64,000 nt of DNA from Acidobacteriota bacterium (lineage in GTDB: Bacteria > Acidobacteriota > Vicinamibacteria > Vicinamibacterales > CAVVIG01). The DNA is taken from assembly GCA_040007095.1 (NCBI GenBank), contig JBDTVS010000004.1, positions 16,201 to 80,200 on the forward strand. Reading direction: 5' to 3'. Shown here piece after piece: positions 51,638 to 60,777 of the stretch. The first letter of the stretch is position 1, and every line of letters starts with the position of its first letter. A model generated the notes under the pieces. The model saw nothing but the letters and a program-made list of their open reading frames with translations, was not told the DNA's origin and made no database searches. Both the position numbers and the translations under genes were made by a program.

Positions 51638-53224
51638 ATGCCTACGCGCCTCCTGCTCCTTCCGATACCAGCTGTGGCGTTCACGATCGCGCTGTCGTTC
51701 ACGCCGATTTCCCTCTCGGCTCAGGAACGCGGCGCGGCGGAACGCTCGAGGCTGCCGCGAACCGCGGACGGAAAACCAGACCTGAGCGGCATCTGGCAGG
51801 TTCGAAACACCGCCGCGGCCGATCTGCAGGATCATGTCGCGAAGCTCGGCATGCCCGCCGGCAAAGGCGTCGTCGTCGGCAACGATATTCCGTATCAGGC
51901 ATGGGCGGCCGCCAAAAGGACGCAGAATTTCCAGAACCGCCGGACGTCGGATCCCGTGGCCCAGTGCTACATGCCCGGCGTGCCGCGCATCATGTACCTG
52001 AACTTTCCTTTTCAGATCTTTCAGACGTCAGCCGCCATCGCCATGACCTTCGAGTGGTCCCACATCCATCGGATGATTTACACAGATGGCAGTCCGCATC
52101 CCGACGACCTTGAATTCTGGATGGGAGACTCGCGAGGCCATTGGGAAGGCGACACCCTGGTCGTCGATGTCACGAACCACAACGACAGGACGTGGCTGGA
52201 CATGGCTGGGAACTTCCACACCGACGCGCTCCGCGTGGTCGAGAAATACGGGATGCGCGACCCCGACAGCATCCAATACGAAGCCACGATCGAGGACGCG
52301 AAGGCCTTCACCACGCCGTGGACCATCAGCATGCCGTTGTATCGGCAGCGCGATGCGATCGGGCTGCTCGAATATGCGTGCCAGGCCGAAGTCGAGGAAG
52401 AGAATGGCGCCTTTCCACGCGAGGATCGCACGTGGTACCCCGGCCCAGGAACTGCTGCGCCCGCGGCCCGACCGGCGCGCAGCGTGCCCCAGGCTCCAGC
52501 GTCCGCGACCGCCGCGCACGGGATTCGCCGAATGCCGGACGGCAAGCCGGATCTGCAGGGCATCTATCAGTCAGATGGCGGCGGGGGCAATCAGGGGTTG
52601 GAGCGCCACGACCGCGACATGCTCACGCCAGCCGGGCGAGGGCTGATCGTCGATCCGCCCGACGGGAAGCTTCCCGCACAGCCCTGGGCGCGGGCCGAAG
52701 AGGCCAGCCGGGTTGCCGCCGAGCGCGGCTACGACGATCCCACCGCGCACTGTTTTGCCGCGGGTGTCCCACGATCCATGTACGTGCCCCAGCCGTACCA
52801 GATCGTTCAGACGGCCGACTCCGTTGTCTTTCTCTTCGAGCGCATGTCGTGGAGGATTGTGTCGCTCGACGGACGTCCCCATCTCCCGGATCACATGCGG
52901 TTGTGGCAGGGCGATTCGATCGGACGATGGGAAGGCGATACGCTGGTGGTCGAGACGACCAATCTGAACGGCAAGACCTGGTTGAACGAGGTGGGGCAGG
53001 TCGTCAGCCACGCCGAGCGCGTGGTCGAACGCTTCACGCCGGTGGATGCGAACACGATCAACTACGAGGCGACGGTCACCGACCCGATCGTGTACACGCG
53101 TCCGTGGACTCTCGCCTTTCCGATCAAACGGCAGAAAGGCGAGCTGCTCGAAGTGGCCTGCCTCGAAGACGATCAGGACCTCGCCCATCTGAAGGCAATC
53201 AAGGACGCAGCCGCCAAGAAATAG
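51638..53224 (+). CDS. Exported protein made of two tandem copies of an unassigned ~250-aa domain
   Basis: 528 aa. The halves align: DGKPDLSGIWQ/DGKPDLQGIYQ, CYMPGVPRIMY/CFAAGVPRSMY, GDSRGHWEGDTLVVDVTN/GDSIGRWEGDTLVVETTN, YEATIEDAKAFTTPWT/YEATVTDPIVYTRPWT. Confidence 0.8.
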   Translation: MPTRLLLLPIPAVAFTIALSFTPISLSAQERGAAERSRLPRTADGKPDLSGIWQVRNTAAADLQDHVAKLGMPAGKGVVVGNDIPYQAWAAAKRTQNFQNRRTSDPVAQCYMPGVPRIMYLNFPFQIFQTSAAIAMTFEWSHIHRMIYTDGSPHPDDLEFWMGDSRGHWEGDTLVVDVTNHNDRTWLDMAGNFHTDALRVVEKYGMRDPDSIQYEATIEDAKAFTTPWTISMPLYRQRDAIGLLEYACQAEVEEENGAFPREDRTWYPGPGTAAPAARPARSVPQAPASATAAHGIRRMPDGKPDLQGIYQSDGGGGNQGLERHDRDMLTPAGRGLIVDPPDGKLPAQPWARAEEASRVAAERGYDDPTAHCFAAGVPRSMYVPQPYQIVQTADSVVFLFERMSWRIVSLDGRPHLPDHMRLWQGDSIGRWEGDTLVVETTNLNGKTWLNEVGQVVSHAERVVERFTPVDANTINYEATVTDPIVYTRPWTLAFPIKRQKGELLEVACLEDDQDLAHLKAIKDAAAKK

Positions 53225-53285
53225 ATGGTCATCTCCAGACCGATGTTCCGAGCTGATATAAGATCTCAGCCCGGGAGGGCGTGCC

Positions 53286-55307
53286 ATGCCGCGTCTGGTT
53301 CGATGTCTGGTCTGCGCGTTATCGACGGCACTTGCGGTCACCGCGTCCACAGGGATGGCCCAACAGGGCGCCAAGGGCGGCGAATGGCGGTCGTATGCGG
53401 GTGACGCCGGCAGCTCCCGCTACGCGCCGTACGACCAGATCAATCGCGACAACGTGAAGAATCTCCAGGTCGCGTGGAGCTGGCGGTTCGACAATTTCGG
53501 AGGCGGCACCAGCGAGACGACGCCGCTCATGGCGAATGGCGTGCTCTACTTCACGGTCGGTCCGCGCCGGAACGTGATTGCCGTCAATCCAGGCACTGGC
53601 GAAACGCTGTGGACGTGGAGGATCGACGAGGGCGTGCGATTCGATCGAGCGCCTCGAAAGGTCGGGCGCGGGGTTGCCTACTGGACGGACGGCACGGACG
53701 CCAGGATCATCACCGTCACACCCGGGTTCCAATTGGTCGCGCTCGACGCGCGGACGGGCGTGCCGGTCCGTGATTTCGGCAAGGATGGCTCGGTCGATCT
53801 TTTTACGCAGCTGGATCTCACCGGCCCCATCGATCCGATCGGCAAGATCGGGAACAGTTCGGCGCCGGTCGTCTCCAACAATGTCATCGTCATCGGTCCG
53901 GCGTTGACGCAGGGGGGCACCAGTCCGAACAAGGAAAACGTCAAGGGCGACGTCATGGCCTTTGACGTGCGCACCGGCAAGAAGCTCTGGGTCTTTCACA
54001 CAATCCCTCGCAAAGGCGAGCCGGGCTACGAGACCTGGCTGAACGGATCCGCCGAGTACACGGGCAACGTGGGGATGTGGGGCCCGTTCTCGGCCGACGA
54101 CGAGTTGGGCTACGTATACCTGGCGACGGAATCCCCGACCAACGACGGTTACGGTGGACATCGTCCGGGCGCCAACCTGTATTCCGACTCACTGGTCTGT
54201 CTCGATATCAAGACCGGCAAGATGATCTGGTACAAGCAGCTGATCCACCACGACATCTGGGACTACGACATGCCGGTTCATCCGATCCTGCTCGACATTC
54301 GCGTCGACGGACGGCCGATCAAGGCGGTGGTCCAGATGGGGAAGATGGCGCTCGCCTACGTGTTCGACCGCACGAATGGTCGACCGGTCTGGCCGATTCC
54401 CGATGTTCCTGTTCCTCAGACCGATGTGCCGACCGAATGGACGTCGCCAACCCAGCCCATTCCCAGCAAGCCTCCGGCTTTCGACGTCGTCGGCGTCAAG
54501 GAAGACGACCTGATCAGCTTCAACGCGGCGCTCCGCGAGGAAGCACTGCGCGCCGTCGAGGGATATCGGATGGGAGCGATATTTGCCCCGCCGTCGCAGG
54601 TGATGCCGAACGGGAACAAGGGCACGATCGTGGCGCCTGGCTTCGGCGGCGGTGCCAACTGGCAATCAGGCGCGGCGGATCCGGAAACCGGCTTCGTGTA
54701 CGTCGGATCGGTCACCAGGCCCTTCGTGGCCGGCGTCGTGAAAACCGAAGGGTCCGACCCCAACCGGGCGGATTACACCTCCGGTCGCGGCGGTCCTGTT
54801 CCGAGCGTTCAAGGCTTGCCGCTGTTGAAGCCCCCCTACGGCCGAATCACGGCGTATGACATGAACAAAGGAGAAATCGCCTGGCAGGTGCCCAACGGTG
54901 GGACGCCGCCGAATATCAAGGAGGCTCTCGCCAAGCTCGGTTTGACCGATGTTCCGGCCACCGGCTTCCCTGCGCAGGCTGGATTGCTGGTGACCAAGAC
55001 GCTGCTCTTCGGCGGAGAGGGCTCGGGCGGTCGTCCCCTGCTCCATGCGTACGACAAGAAGACCGGCGAAAACATCGCTGAGCTGCCAATGCCAGGCAAT
55101 CAGACGGGTGTGCCGATGACGTATGTCTACCAGAACCGGCAGTTCGTCCTCATGGCCGTGGGAGGACAAGGACAGCCGGCCGGGCAGTTGGTCGCCTTCG
55201 CGTTGCCCGCTCCAGCTGGCCCTGCCGGGGGTCGCGGCGGTCGCGGTGGGACGCCTCCTCCAGTTCCCGGCGGGGGGCAAGGCACGGCCGCACCCGGCGG
55301 CCGGTGA
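53286..55307 (+). CDS. PQQ-dependent dehydrogenase, soluble quinoprotein beta-propeller
   Basis: 673 aa. GGGAGGG before the ATG. Has a signal peptide. WRSYAGDAGSSRYAPYDQINRDNVKNLQVAW and RGVAYWTDG are family blocks. Paralog of 1..1801. The C-terminal tail AGPAGGRGGRGGTPPPVPGGGQG is Gly/Arg/Pro-rich. Confidence 0.9.
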   Translation: MPRLVRCLVCALSTALAVTASTGMAQQGAKGGEWRSYAGDAGSSRYAPYDQINRDNVKNLQVAWSWRFDNFGGGTSETTPLMANGVLYFTVGPRRNVIAVNPGTGETLWTWRIDEGVRFDRAPRKVGRGVAYWTDGTDARIITVTPGFQLVALDARTGVPVRDFGKDGSVDLFTQLDLTGPIDPIGKIGNSSAPVVSNNVIVIGPALTQGGTSPNKENVKGDVMAFDVRTGKKLWVFHTIPRKGEPGYETWLNGSAEYTGNVGMWGPFSADDELGYVYLATESPTNDGYGGHRPGANLYSDSLVCLDIKTGKMIWYKQLIHHDIWDYDMPVHPILLDIRVDGRPIKAVVQMGKMALAYVFDRTNGRPVWPIPDVPVPQTDVPTEWTSPTQPIPSKPPAFDVVGVKEDDLISFNAALREEALRAVEGYRMGAIFAPPSQVMPNGNKGTIVAPGFGGGANWQSGAADPETGFVYVGSVTRPFVAGVVKTEGSDPNRADYTSGRGGPVPSVQGLPLLKPPYGRITAYDMNKGEIAWQVPNGGTPPNIKEALAKLGLTDVPATGFPAQAGLLVTKTLLFGGEGSGGRPLLHAYDKKTGENIAELPMPGNQTGVPMTYVYQNRQFVLMAVGGQGQPAGQLVAFALPAPAGPAGGRGGRGGTPPPVPGGGQGTAAPGGR

Positions 55308-55363
55308 GCGATCCGATGTAAGGCCCTAAGCGTCCACGGTAACAGGGACATCAGCCGGCCGCC

Positions 55364-56254
55364 ATGCCGCGAATCGACGCCGCACTTGATCCTGATTTCA
55401 GGTCTCCGCCCTTTGATCAGTTCAAAGGCATTCAGCGGCTCGCCAAAGAACGTCGAGGACACGTCTCAGTCGAATATGCCAGGCACCAGCTCTACGTCGG
55501 CATCGACAAGCAGAGCCGTGCGGGCGTTCTGATCAAAATCACTTCCCGGCCGGGGATCACCTACCAGGACAATCTCGAAAACGAGATCGCCAGCCTGCTG
55601 AAGATAAATCGGTCGATTCCCGAGTCGCCGTATTTTCCCGAGATCAGGGACCACGGAAAGCTGCGCGACGGCAGGGTCTACATGGCCTCGTCGTTCTTTT
55701 ACGAATTTCCGCTGGCCAACGCCATCGACACCGAGCCGAATCCCGGCAAGACGGTCGCGTACATCCGAGCGGGATTGGAGATCGCGCGAGCGTTGGGGGA
55801 ACTCCACAGGCTCAAAATCTACCATGTGGATTTGAATCCCATGAACGTGCTGCTCCGGCTGGAGCAGCGCCGCCCAATCATCCGGATTATTGATTTCGAG
55901 TCTTCGTATGACTCGGAGCGGCACGCCGCGGGTGTCTTTTACAATCCTCCCAACACCCCGGGATATTCCGCCCCCGAGATCTCGCGCCAGCCGCCAGATG
56001 CCCGTGCCGACGTGTTTTCCCTGGGCGCCGTGCTGTACACGATGCTGGCGGGTTATAAATGGAGGAGGGACGTCGAAGCGGGGAAGTGGCCGGGCGGGGA
56101 TCGCCCTCTCGATCCGGATCTCGAGGGAATCCTTCAGAAGGCCATCGATCAGGAACCGGCGCATCGCTATCCGTCAATCGAAGAATTCCATGCGAGTCTC
56201 GCCGCCTATCTGGAAGGGATCTGGCCCGGAAGGAAAAATGCAGGTTGGATCTGA
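55364..56254 (+). CDS. Atypical protein-kinase-like protein (degenerate catalytic motifs)
   Basis: 296 aa. Kinase fold landmarks: VLIKI (VAIK Lys), YHVDLNPMNVLL (HRDLKPxN with R to V and K to N), IIDFESS (DFG to DFE), GYSAPE (APE), DVFSLGAVLYTML. There is no Gly-rich loop. Confidence 0.75.
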   Translation: MPRIDAALDPDFRSPPFDQFKGIQRLAKERRGHVSVEYARHQLYVGIDKQSRAGVLIKITSRPGITYQDNLENEIASLLKINRSIPESPYFPEIRDHGKLRDGRVYMASSFFYEFPLANAIDTEPNPGKTVAYIRAGLEIARALGELHRLKIYHVDLNPMNVLLRLEQRRPIIRIIDFESSYDSERHAAGVFYNPPNTPGYSAPEISRQPPDARADVFSLGAVLYTMLAGYKWRRDVEAGKWPGGDRPLDPDLEGILQKAIDQEPAHRYPSIEEFHASLAAYLEGIWPGRKNAGWI

Positions 56255-56264
56255 GGAGAATGAT

Positions 56265-56951
56265 ATGTCGATCATGAAGCGCGTCTGCTTGTTCATCATC
56301 GCGAGCTGGCTGATCGTTGCGGGGACAGGTGTCGATCCGCTCGCCGCCCAGCGCCAACGCCGATGGGGCAATGAACCGATGCCGCGAGCCGGCGTGTGCT
56401 TTTTTAGCGACACCAACTTCCGGGGCCGGTACTTCTGCGTCGGCCCCAGGGATGACATGCCCGAGCTGCCGCGGGGCACGAATGACGAGATCTCGTCGTT
56501 TCGAGTGATCGGCAACCTCGAGGTGGATGTGTTCAGAGACGTGCGGTTCAGGGGCCCTGAGGGGCGCTTCTTCCACGATGTCCGCGATCTGCGCAGGGAA
56601 GGCTGGAACGACGCGATTTCATCGATCCGCGTCGTCAACCGATCCGTGGCGTGGGATCGAGACCGCCTGCCGGTGTGGGGGCGGGCGGGCATGCCGAGGG
56701 AGGGCGCCTGCTTTTACCGCGACGTCAATTTCGGCGGCGACTACTTCTGCGCGCCACGCGGCGCCAGCTTCGTGATGTTGCCGCCAGGGTTCGAGGACCA
56801 GATCTCATCGATCCGTCTGGTCCGCGCGGCCGGCGTGCTGATTTTCCGCGACCGTGATTTCGATGGCCGCCTCGCCCGTGTCACCTCCGACGTCAGCGAC
56901 CTTCGGCGCGGCGTGTGGAACGACAGAATCGCGTCGATACGCGTGTTTTGA
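56265..56951 (+). CDS. Exported beta-gamma-crystallin (peptidase inhibitor I36-like) two-domain protein
   Basis: ATG 56265 sits 6 nt after GAGGAG. Has a signal peptide. Four Greek-key signatures [YF]xxxx[YF]xG...S: FSDTNFRG..ISSFRV, FRDVRFRG..ISSIRV, YRDVNFGG..ISSIRL, FRDRDFDG..IASIRV. Confidence 0.8.
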   Translation: MSIMKRVCLFIIASWLIVAGTGVDPLAAQRQRRWGNEPMPRAGVCFFSDTNFRGRYFCVGPRDDMPELPRGTNDEISSFRVIGNLEVDVFRDVRFRGPEGRFFHDVRDLRREGWNDAISSIRVVNRSVAWDRDRLPVWGRAGMPREGACFYRDVNFGGDYFCAPRGASFVMLPPGFEDQISSIRLVRAAGVLIFRDRDFDGRLARVTSDVSDLRRGVWNDRIASIRVF

Positions 56952-56985
56952 AACCTACGAATTGCCCTGGAGATCGGTGGTTCGT

Positions 56986-57750
56986 TCAGTCGTCGTCCCA
57001 CAATCGCAGGTGCTTGAAGAGACCCAGGAAGCTTTTGAGTTTGTCCTGCAAGCCGCCGCCAGATGGGTCCTTCGAGATCGTCGGCCCCTTCACGCGGCCC
57101 TTGCGGTCCATGCTCGACAGGTTGGCGAAGACGCTCCCCACATACGCGAGCGTTTCCTTGTAGCGCCAGTTCGGTACGCGTGGGGCCACTTTTTCGATCG
57201 TGGGCCAGCGTCGGTGGTTGAGCTTTTCCGAGACCGCAATCTTTTGTGCGCGAATCAGGGTGCCGCGGCCTGCGTTGTAGCTCCCGAGCATGAATTGCTT
57301 GCGGAACTTTTTCTCCGCATCGCTCTCCCACGCGGTCCACTGCTCGTGCGCATACCAGATCCCCGCCGCGATGTTCCATTCAGGGTTGTTGATGTCGCCG
57401 AACTCTTTGTTGCGCCGTCGTGCCTCGGCGTAAGTCGGCGACATGATCTGCATGACCCCTCGCGCGCCGCTCGCGTTCACGGCGTTGGGTCTGAGGTTGC
57501 TTTCGACGATGGCTTGCGCCTTGAAGAGCTTCCAGTCGACGCTGTCGTCGAAGAAGCGTTCTGAGTACTTCTTGAAATACTCGTCGTATTTCTCGTAGCC
57601 GGAGGCAACGGGTGGCTCGTCTTTGACGGCTGCGGCCGCAACGACGCCGAGTCCCGCGAAGGCTACCATTAACAACACCAGGCACGGCGGGCGGCGAAGC
57701 CCGACCGAGGCCTTATGCCATTGACGTACTTTGGCGTCTTTTGTGAGCAA
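56986..57750 (-). CDS. Lytic transglycosylase (SLT domain) protein
   Basis: SLT catalytic region AIVESNLRPNAVNASGARGVMQIM...NIAAGIWY. The codon at 57750 is TTG, so the start is uncertain (ATG at 57669 is possible). Confidence 0.85.
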   Translation of the reverse strand: MLTKDAKVRQWHKASVGLRRPPCLVLLMVAFAGLGVVAAAAVKDEPPVASGYEKYDEYFKKYSERFFDDSVDWKLFKAQAIVESNLRPNAVNASGARGVMQIMSPTYAEARRRNKEFGDINNPEWNIAAGIWYAHEQWTAWESDAEKKFRKQFMLGSYNAGRGTLIRAQKIAVSEKLNHRRWPTIEKVAPRVPNWRYKETLAYVGSVFANLSSMDRKGRVKGPTISKDPSGGGLQDKLKSFLGLFKHLRLWDDD

Positions 57751-57795
57751 TGGTGAAAAGTAGCAGGGTTTGTGACGACACGCAACAAAAAATAG

Positions 57796-58665
57796 CTATT
57801 TTTTCTTGAATATACCGACGACGCCGCCGACACCCGACCCGACTTTCTTCACGCCCTTGAGAATGTTCTGCGGGATCTCTTTGAGCGTACAGCGCTTGAA
57901 CGCGGACATGTTGGAGCCTTTGGTGATCTCTCCGATCGAGTAGTGGACCAGGTCCTCCTCGATGCCGTAGCAGCCGCCAACGAATCCCGCTTCGATCATG
58001 AACTTCTGGGCGTCCCGCCAGTTCTGTATATCCATCGCCATGCCGGTTTCGTGGAACGATCCGCCGGGCGGCGCGACTCTCCCGACCCCGCTCAATTTCT
58101 TGAACAGGTCCCGTTGGAGCGCATTCGAGCGAAAGCCGTAGTTGATGACGATGTGCTGCTGCTTCTTGGCAAACATCGCTGCGTCGGCCAGCAGCACCTT
58201 GTCGCGAATCGACTGACGAAGGAAGATGGTCTGGCCTTTCAAATCCTTCACATACTTGCCGTCGATCTGCACCGGCACCAGGTTCTGGTCGAGCGTTCTC
58301 GCCAGCACTTTCGGCGACAGGTAGTTGCCGGACTTGAGGTCGCGCTTGTAGTTCTCGCGCTCGAATTCCTTCTGCAGGTCGCCCGGCGCATTGTCCGGCT
58401 TGTAGACGGGAGCTTCGGGGCCGGCAGCGCCGGCCGCGGCGCCAAAGCGGGGAAGGCTAGGGACGCCGCGACGGGGCCGTTCGCCCTCACCGACACGCCC
58501 GAGGTCGTTTCGCACGTCGGTTCCCCGCACTCCCTGGGCGGAAACCGGCCAGCCAAGCACAACCACCGCGAGAACCGGCGCCAGTGGCCATGCGAGACGC
58601 CGCGGCACGCTGACTCGAGCCGTCTGGAACGACCGAGACACAGACAGGCCACTCGTCATTTGCAT
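57796..58665 (-). CDS. M15-family (VanY/D-Ala-D-Ala carboxypeptidase-like) peptidoglycan peptidase
   Basis: Trimmed to ATG 58665 (or 58659). Zinc and active-site pattern SFHETGMAMDI with a downstream DLVHYS. Has a signal segment. Confidence 0.75.
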   Translation of the reverse strand: MQMTSGLSVSRSFQTARVSVPRRLAWPLAPVLAVVVLGWPVSAQGVRGTDVRNDLGRVGEGERPRRGVPSLPRFGAAAGAAGPEAPVYKPDNAPGDLQKEFERENYKRDLKSGNYLSPKVLARTLDQNLVPVQIDGKYVKDLKGQTIFLRQSIRDKVLLADAAMFAKKQQHIVINYGFRSNALQRDLFKKLSGVGRVAPPGGSFHETGMAMDIQNWRDAQKFMIEAGFVGGCYGIEEDLVHYSIGEITKGSNMSAFKRCTLKEIPQNILKGVKKVGSGVGGVVGIFKKK

Positions 58666-59050
58666 CAATTCTCTCTGACGAAACGTCTTTCTCGAGGGTG
58701 ACAAAGTGTATCTCAAAACGCCACTTTGGAGCCCAAGAAGAAGCCCCCGATCGGGTCAGTTTCACCTGATCGGGTTGAGGCGCCACCGGGAACCAGGGCG
58801 CTCGGCGAGCCGCGCAGCGTGTGCGACGCCGCGTGCCCCGCGCTGGTCGTTGAATTTTTCGAATGAAAGAGCATTTCTCGTCCCATGAGACCCTAGCGCC
58901 GGGCAGTTGTTCGACCTATTCGACCCGCGCCCCGCTCTCACCGCCTCTCGGTGAATCGTTGGTGCGGCCGTGTTGTCGGGACCATCGCTGGGAGGTGTAG
59001 TGCAAGGAGGTTGCCGAAACTGTCGGCCAGTGGTGTGGGAGCGGCCAGCG

Positions 59051-60775
59051 TCAGAGGGGAGGTCCGATCACTTCAAACGCTTCGAGCCCCGATTCGCGCC
59101 CGCGCAGCGTCACGACTCCCAGCGACCGTAGCTCGAACGCCGGTCCAATCTGCGCGCGTGTCGCCTCGGAGATGACGATCTGACCGGGCTCGGCGACCGA
59201 CGCCTCGAGCCGCGCCGCCGTGTTCACGACGTCACCGAGCACCGTGAACTCGCGGCGCTTGGGCGAGCCGATGTCGCCGGTGAGTGCCCGGCCGCTGTTG
59301 ATCGCGATTCGCATCCGCAGGGTTCGTTCCGGATGTTCCGCATTGGCGCGCGCCAACTCGGCACGCATGCCGAGCGCCGCCGCTACCGCGCGCGTCGCGT
59401 GGTCCGGCTGATCGAGCGGCGCGCCGAACACCGCCAGAATGGCATCGCCGATGAACTTGTCCAGCGTCCCCTCGTACTCGAAGATCACCTCGCCCATCCG
59501 CGCGAAGAAGTCATTGAGCAGATCGCCGATCGACGTCGGCGACATCCGCTCGCACAACGTGGTGAAGCCGACGATGTCGCAGAACATCACCGTGATGTCG
59601 CGCTCCTGGGTGACGAAGCGGCCCTCGGCGCCCCCTTCGGCGTGCAGGATCCGGTTGATGACGCTCGGCGAGTGGTACCGCTGCAGCCGCTCGCGGCGCT
59701 TCGTCTCGGCGAAGAGGAGCTGGGAGACCCGCGCCTGCTCGATCGCGACGGCGGCATAGTTGCACAACGCCACGAACACCTCGAGATCCTCGGCCGTGAA
59801 CTTCTTGCTTCGCGGGTTGTCGCAGTACAACACTCCAATCACGTCGTTCTGGTTCCAGAGCGGCGCGCACATGAACGACCGGATGCTCATGGCCTGGATG
59901 CTGCCGGAGGCATCGAGGCGGGGATCGTAGAGCGCGTCGGTGGCGAGCATCGCCACGCGCTCGCGCATCACGCGGTTGATGATCGTGCGGCTCAGCGACA
60001 CCTTCTCCGGCACCGAGCCGTCGCGGCGGCGCCACACCCGCGCGGTGAGGGGTTGATCCATCGAATCGCGCAACAGGAGGAACGCCCGCTCGGCCGGGAC
60101 GGTGTCGAACAGGAGATCCACGACCCGGGCCAGCACCTGCTCGAGCGGCTGCACCGTTACCAGCGTCTTGCTGATTTCCGTCAGAAGGTTGAGGAAGCGG
60201 CCGTGTCGACGATCGCGCCCGGATCGGCGGTTGTCGCCGACGCGGACGGTATCGGTTTGGCGGCGGTCGTCGACTCGGGACCGCCGATCGACCTCGGCCG
60301 GCGTCGGCACGGTGGCGTGGGTCGTCGCTGTCGCTGTCAGCGACCCTCTGGGGACACCAGCATGAGGCGTTGACGAGGGCTCACTGACCGCGGACCCTGG
60401 CGACGCCTGCCTCTGATCGACGCGGCGCAGCAGCGTACCCGGCTCGTCGATGACGTGGTGCGCGTCCGAGAGAACTTCCCCTTCCTCGAGGTCCTGCACG
60501 AGCCTGACTTGAAGTCCCCCGAGGTAGAACGTGTCGCCCGCGGCGATCTGCCGCTCGCCGACGACCGGCGTACCGTTCAGCGTGCAACCGTGGGTGCTGC
60601 CGGCGTCGCGCAGGAACACGCGCCCGTCCGCCACGCGGACGCGCGCATGGCGCCGAGACAGCGTTGGCGCGTTGATGACGAGGTCGCAGGCCGGGGCGCG
60701 GCCGATGAGCGTTTCACCCTCACGCAGCGGATACGCTGCAGACTTGCCGCCGTCGACGAACCATAGCGTGTACAA
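59051..60775 (-). CDS. FHA-GAF-class III adenylate/guanylate cyclase
   Basis: 574 aa with a TTG start 2 nt after the kinase stop. FHA: LIGRAPACDLVINAPTLSRRHARV...GSTHGCTLNG. Central GAF-like domain. Cyclase: ITVMFCDIVGFTTL, KFIGDAILAVFGAP, TVLGDVVNTAARLE. Confidence 0.9.
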   Translation of the reverse strand: MYTLWFVDGGKSAAYPLREGETLIGRAPACDLVINAPTLSRRHARVRVADGRVFLRDAGSTHGCTLNGTPVVGERQIAAGDTFYLGGLQVRLVQDLEEGEVLSDAHHVIDEPGTLLRRVDQRQASPGSAVSEPSSTPHAGVPRGSLTATATTHATVPTPAEVDRRSRVDDRRQTDTVRVGDNRRSGRDRRHGRFLNLLTEISKTLVTVQPLEQVLARVVDLLFDTVPAERAFLLLRDSMDQPLTARVWRRRDGSVPEKVSLSRTIINRVMRERVAMLATDALYDPRLDASGSIQAMSIRSFMCAPLWNQNDVIGVLYCDNPRSKKFTAEDLEVFVALCNYAAVAIEQARVSQLLFAETKRRERLQRYHSPSVINRILHAEGGAEGRFVTQERDITVMFCDIVGFTTLCERMSPTSIGDLLNDFFARMGEVIFEYEGTLDKFIGDAILAVFGAPLDQPDHATRAVAAALGMRAELARANAEHPERTLRMRIAINSGRALTGDIGSPKRREFTVLGDVVNTAARLEASVAEPGQIVISEATRAQIGPAFELRSLGVVTLRGRESGLEAFEVIGPPL

Positions 60776-60777
60776 GC

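Noticed and set aside
57787-57804. Perfect 18-bp AT palindrome AAAAAATAGCTATTTTTT at the end of the M15 peptidase gene
   Set aside because: It overlaps the Lys-rich C-terminus (..FKKK) and the stop codon. It is AT-only, so the hairpin would be weak. Most simply it is a by-product of the poly-Lys tail plus TAG. No regulatory role can be supported.
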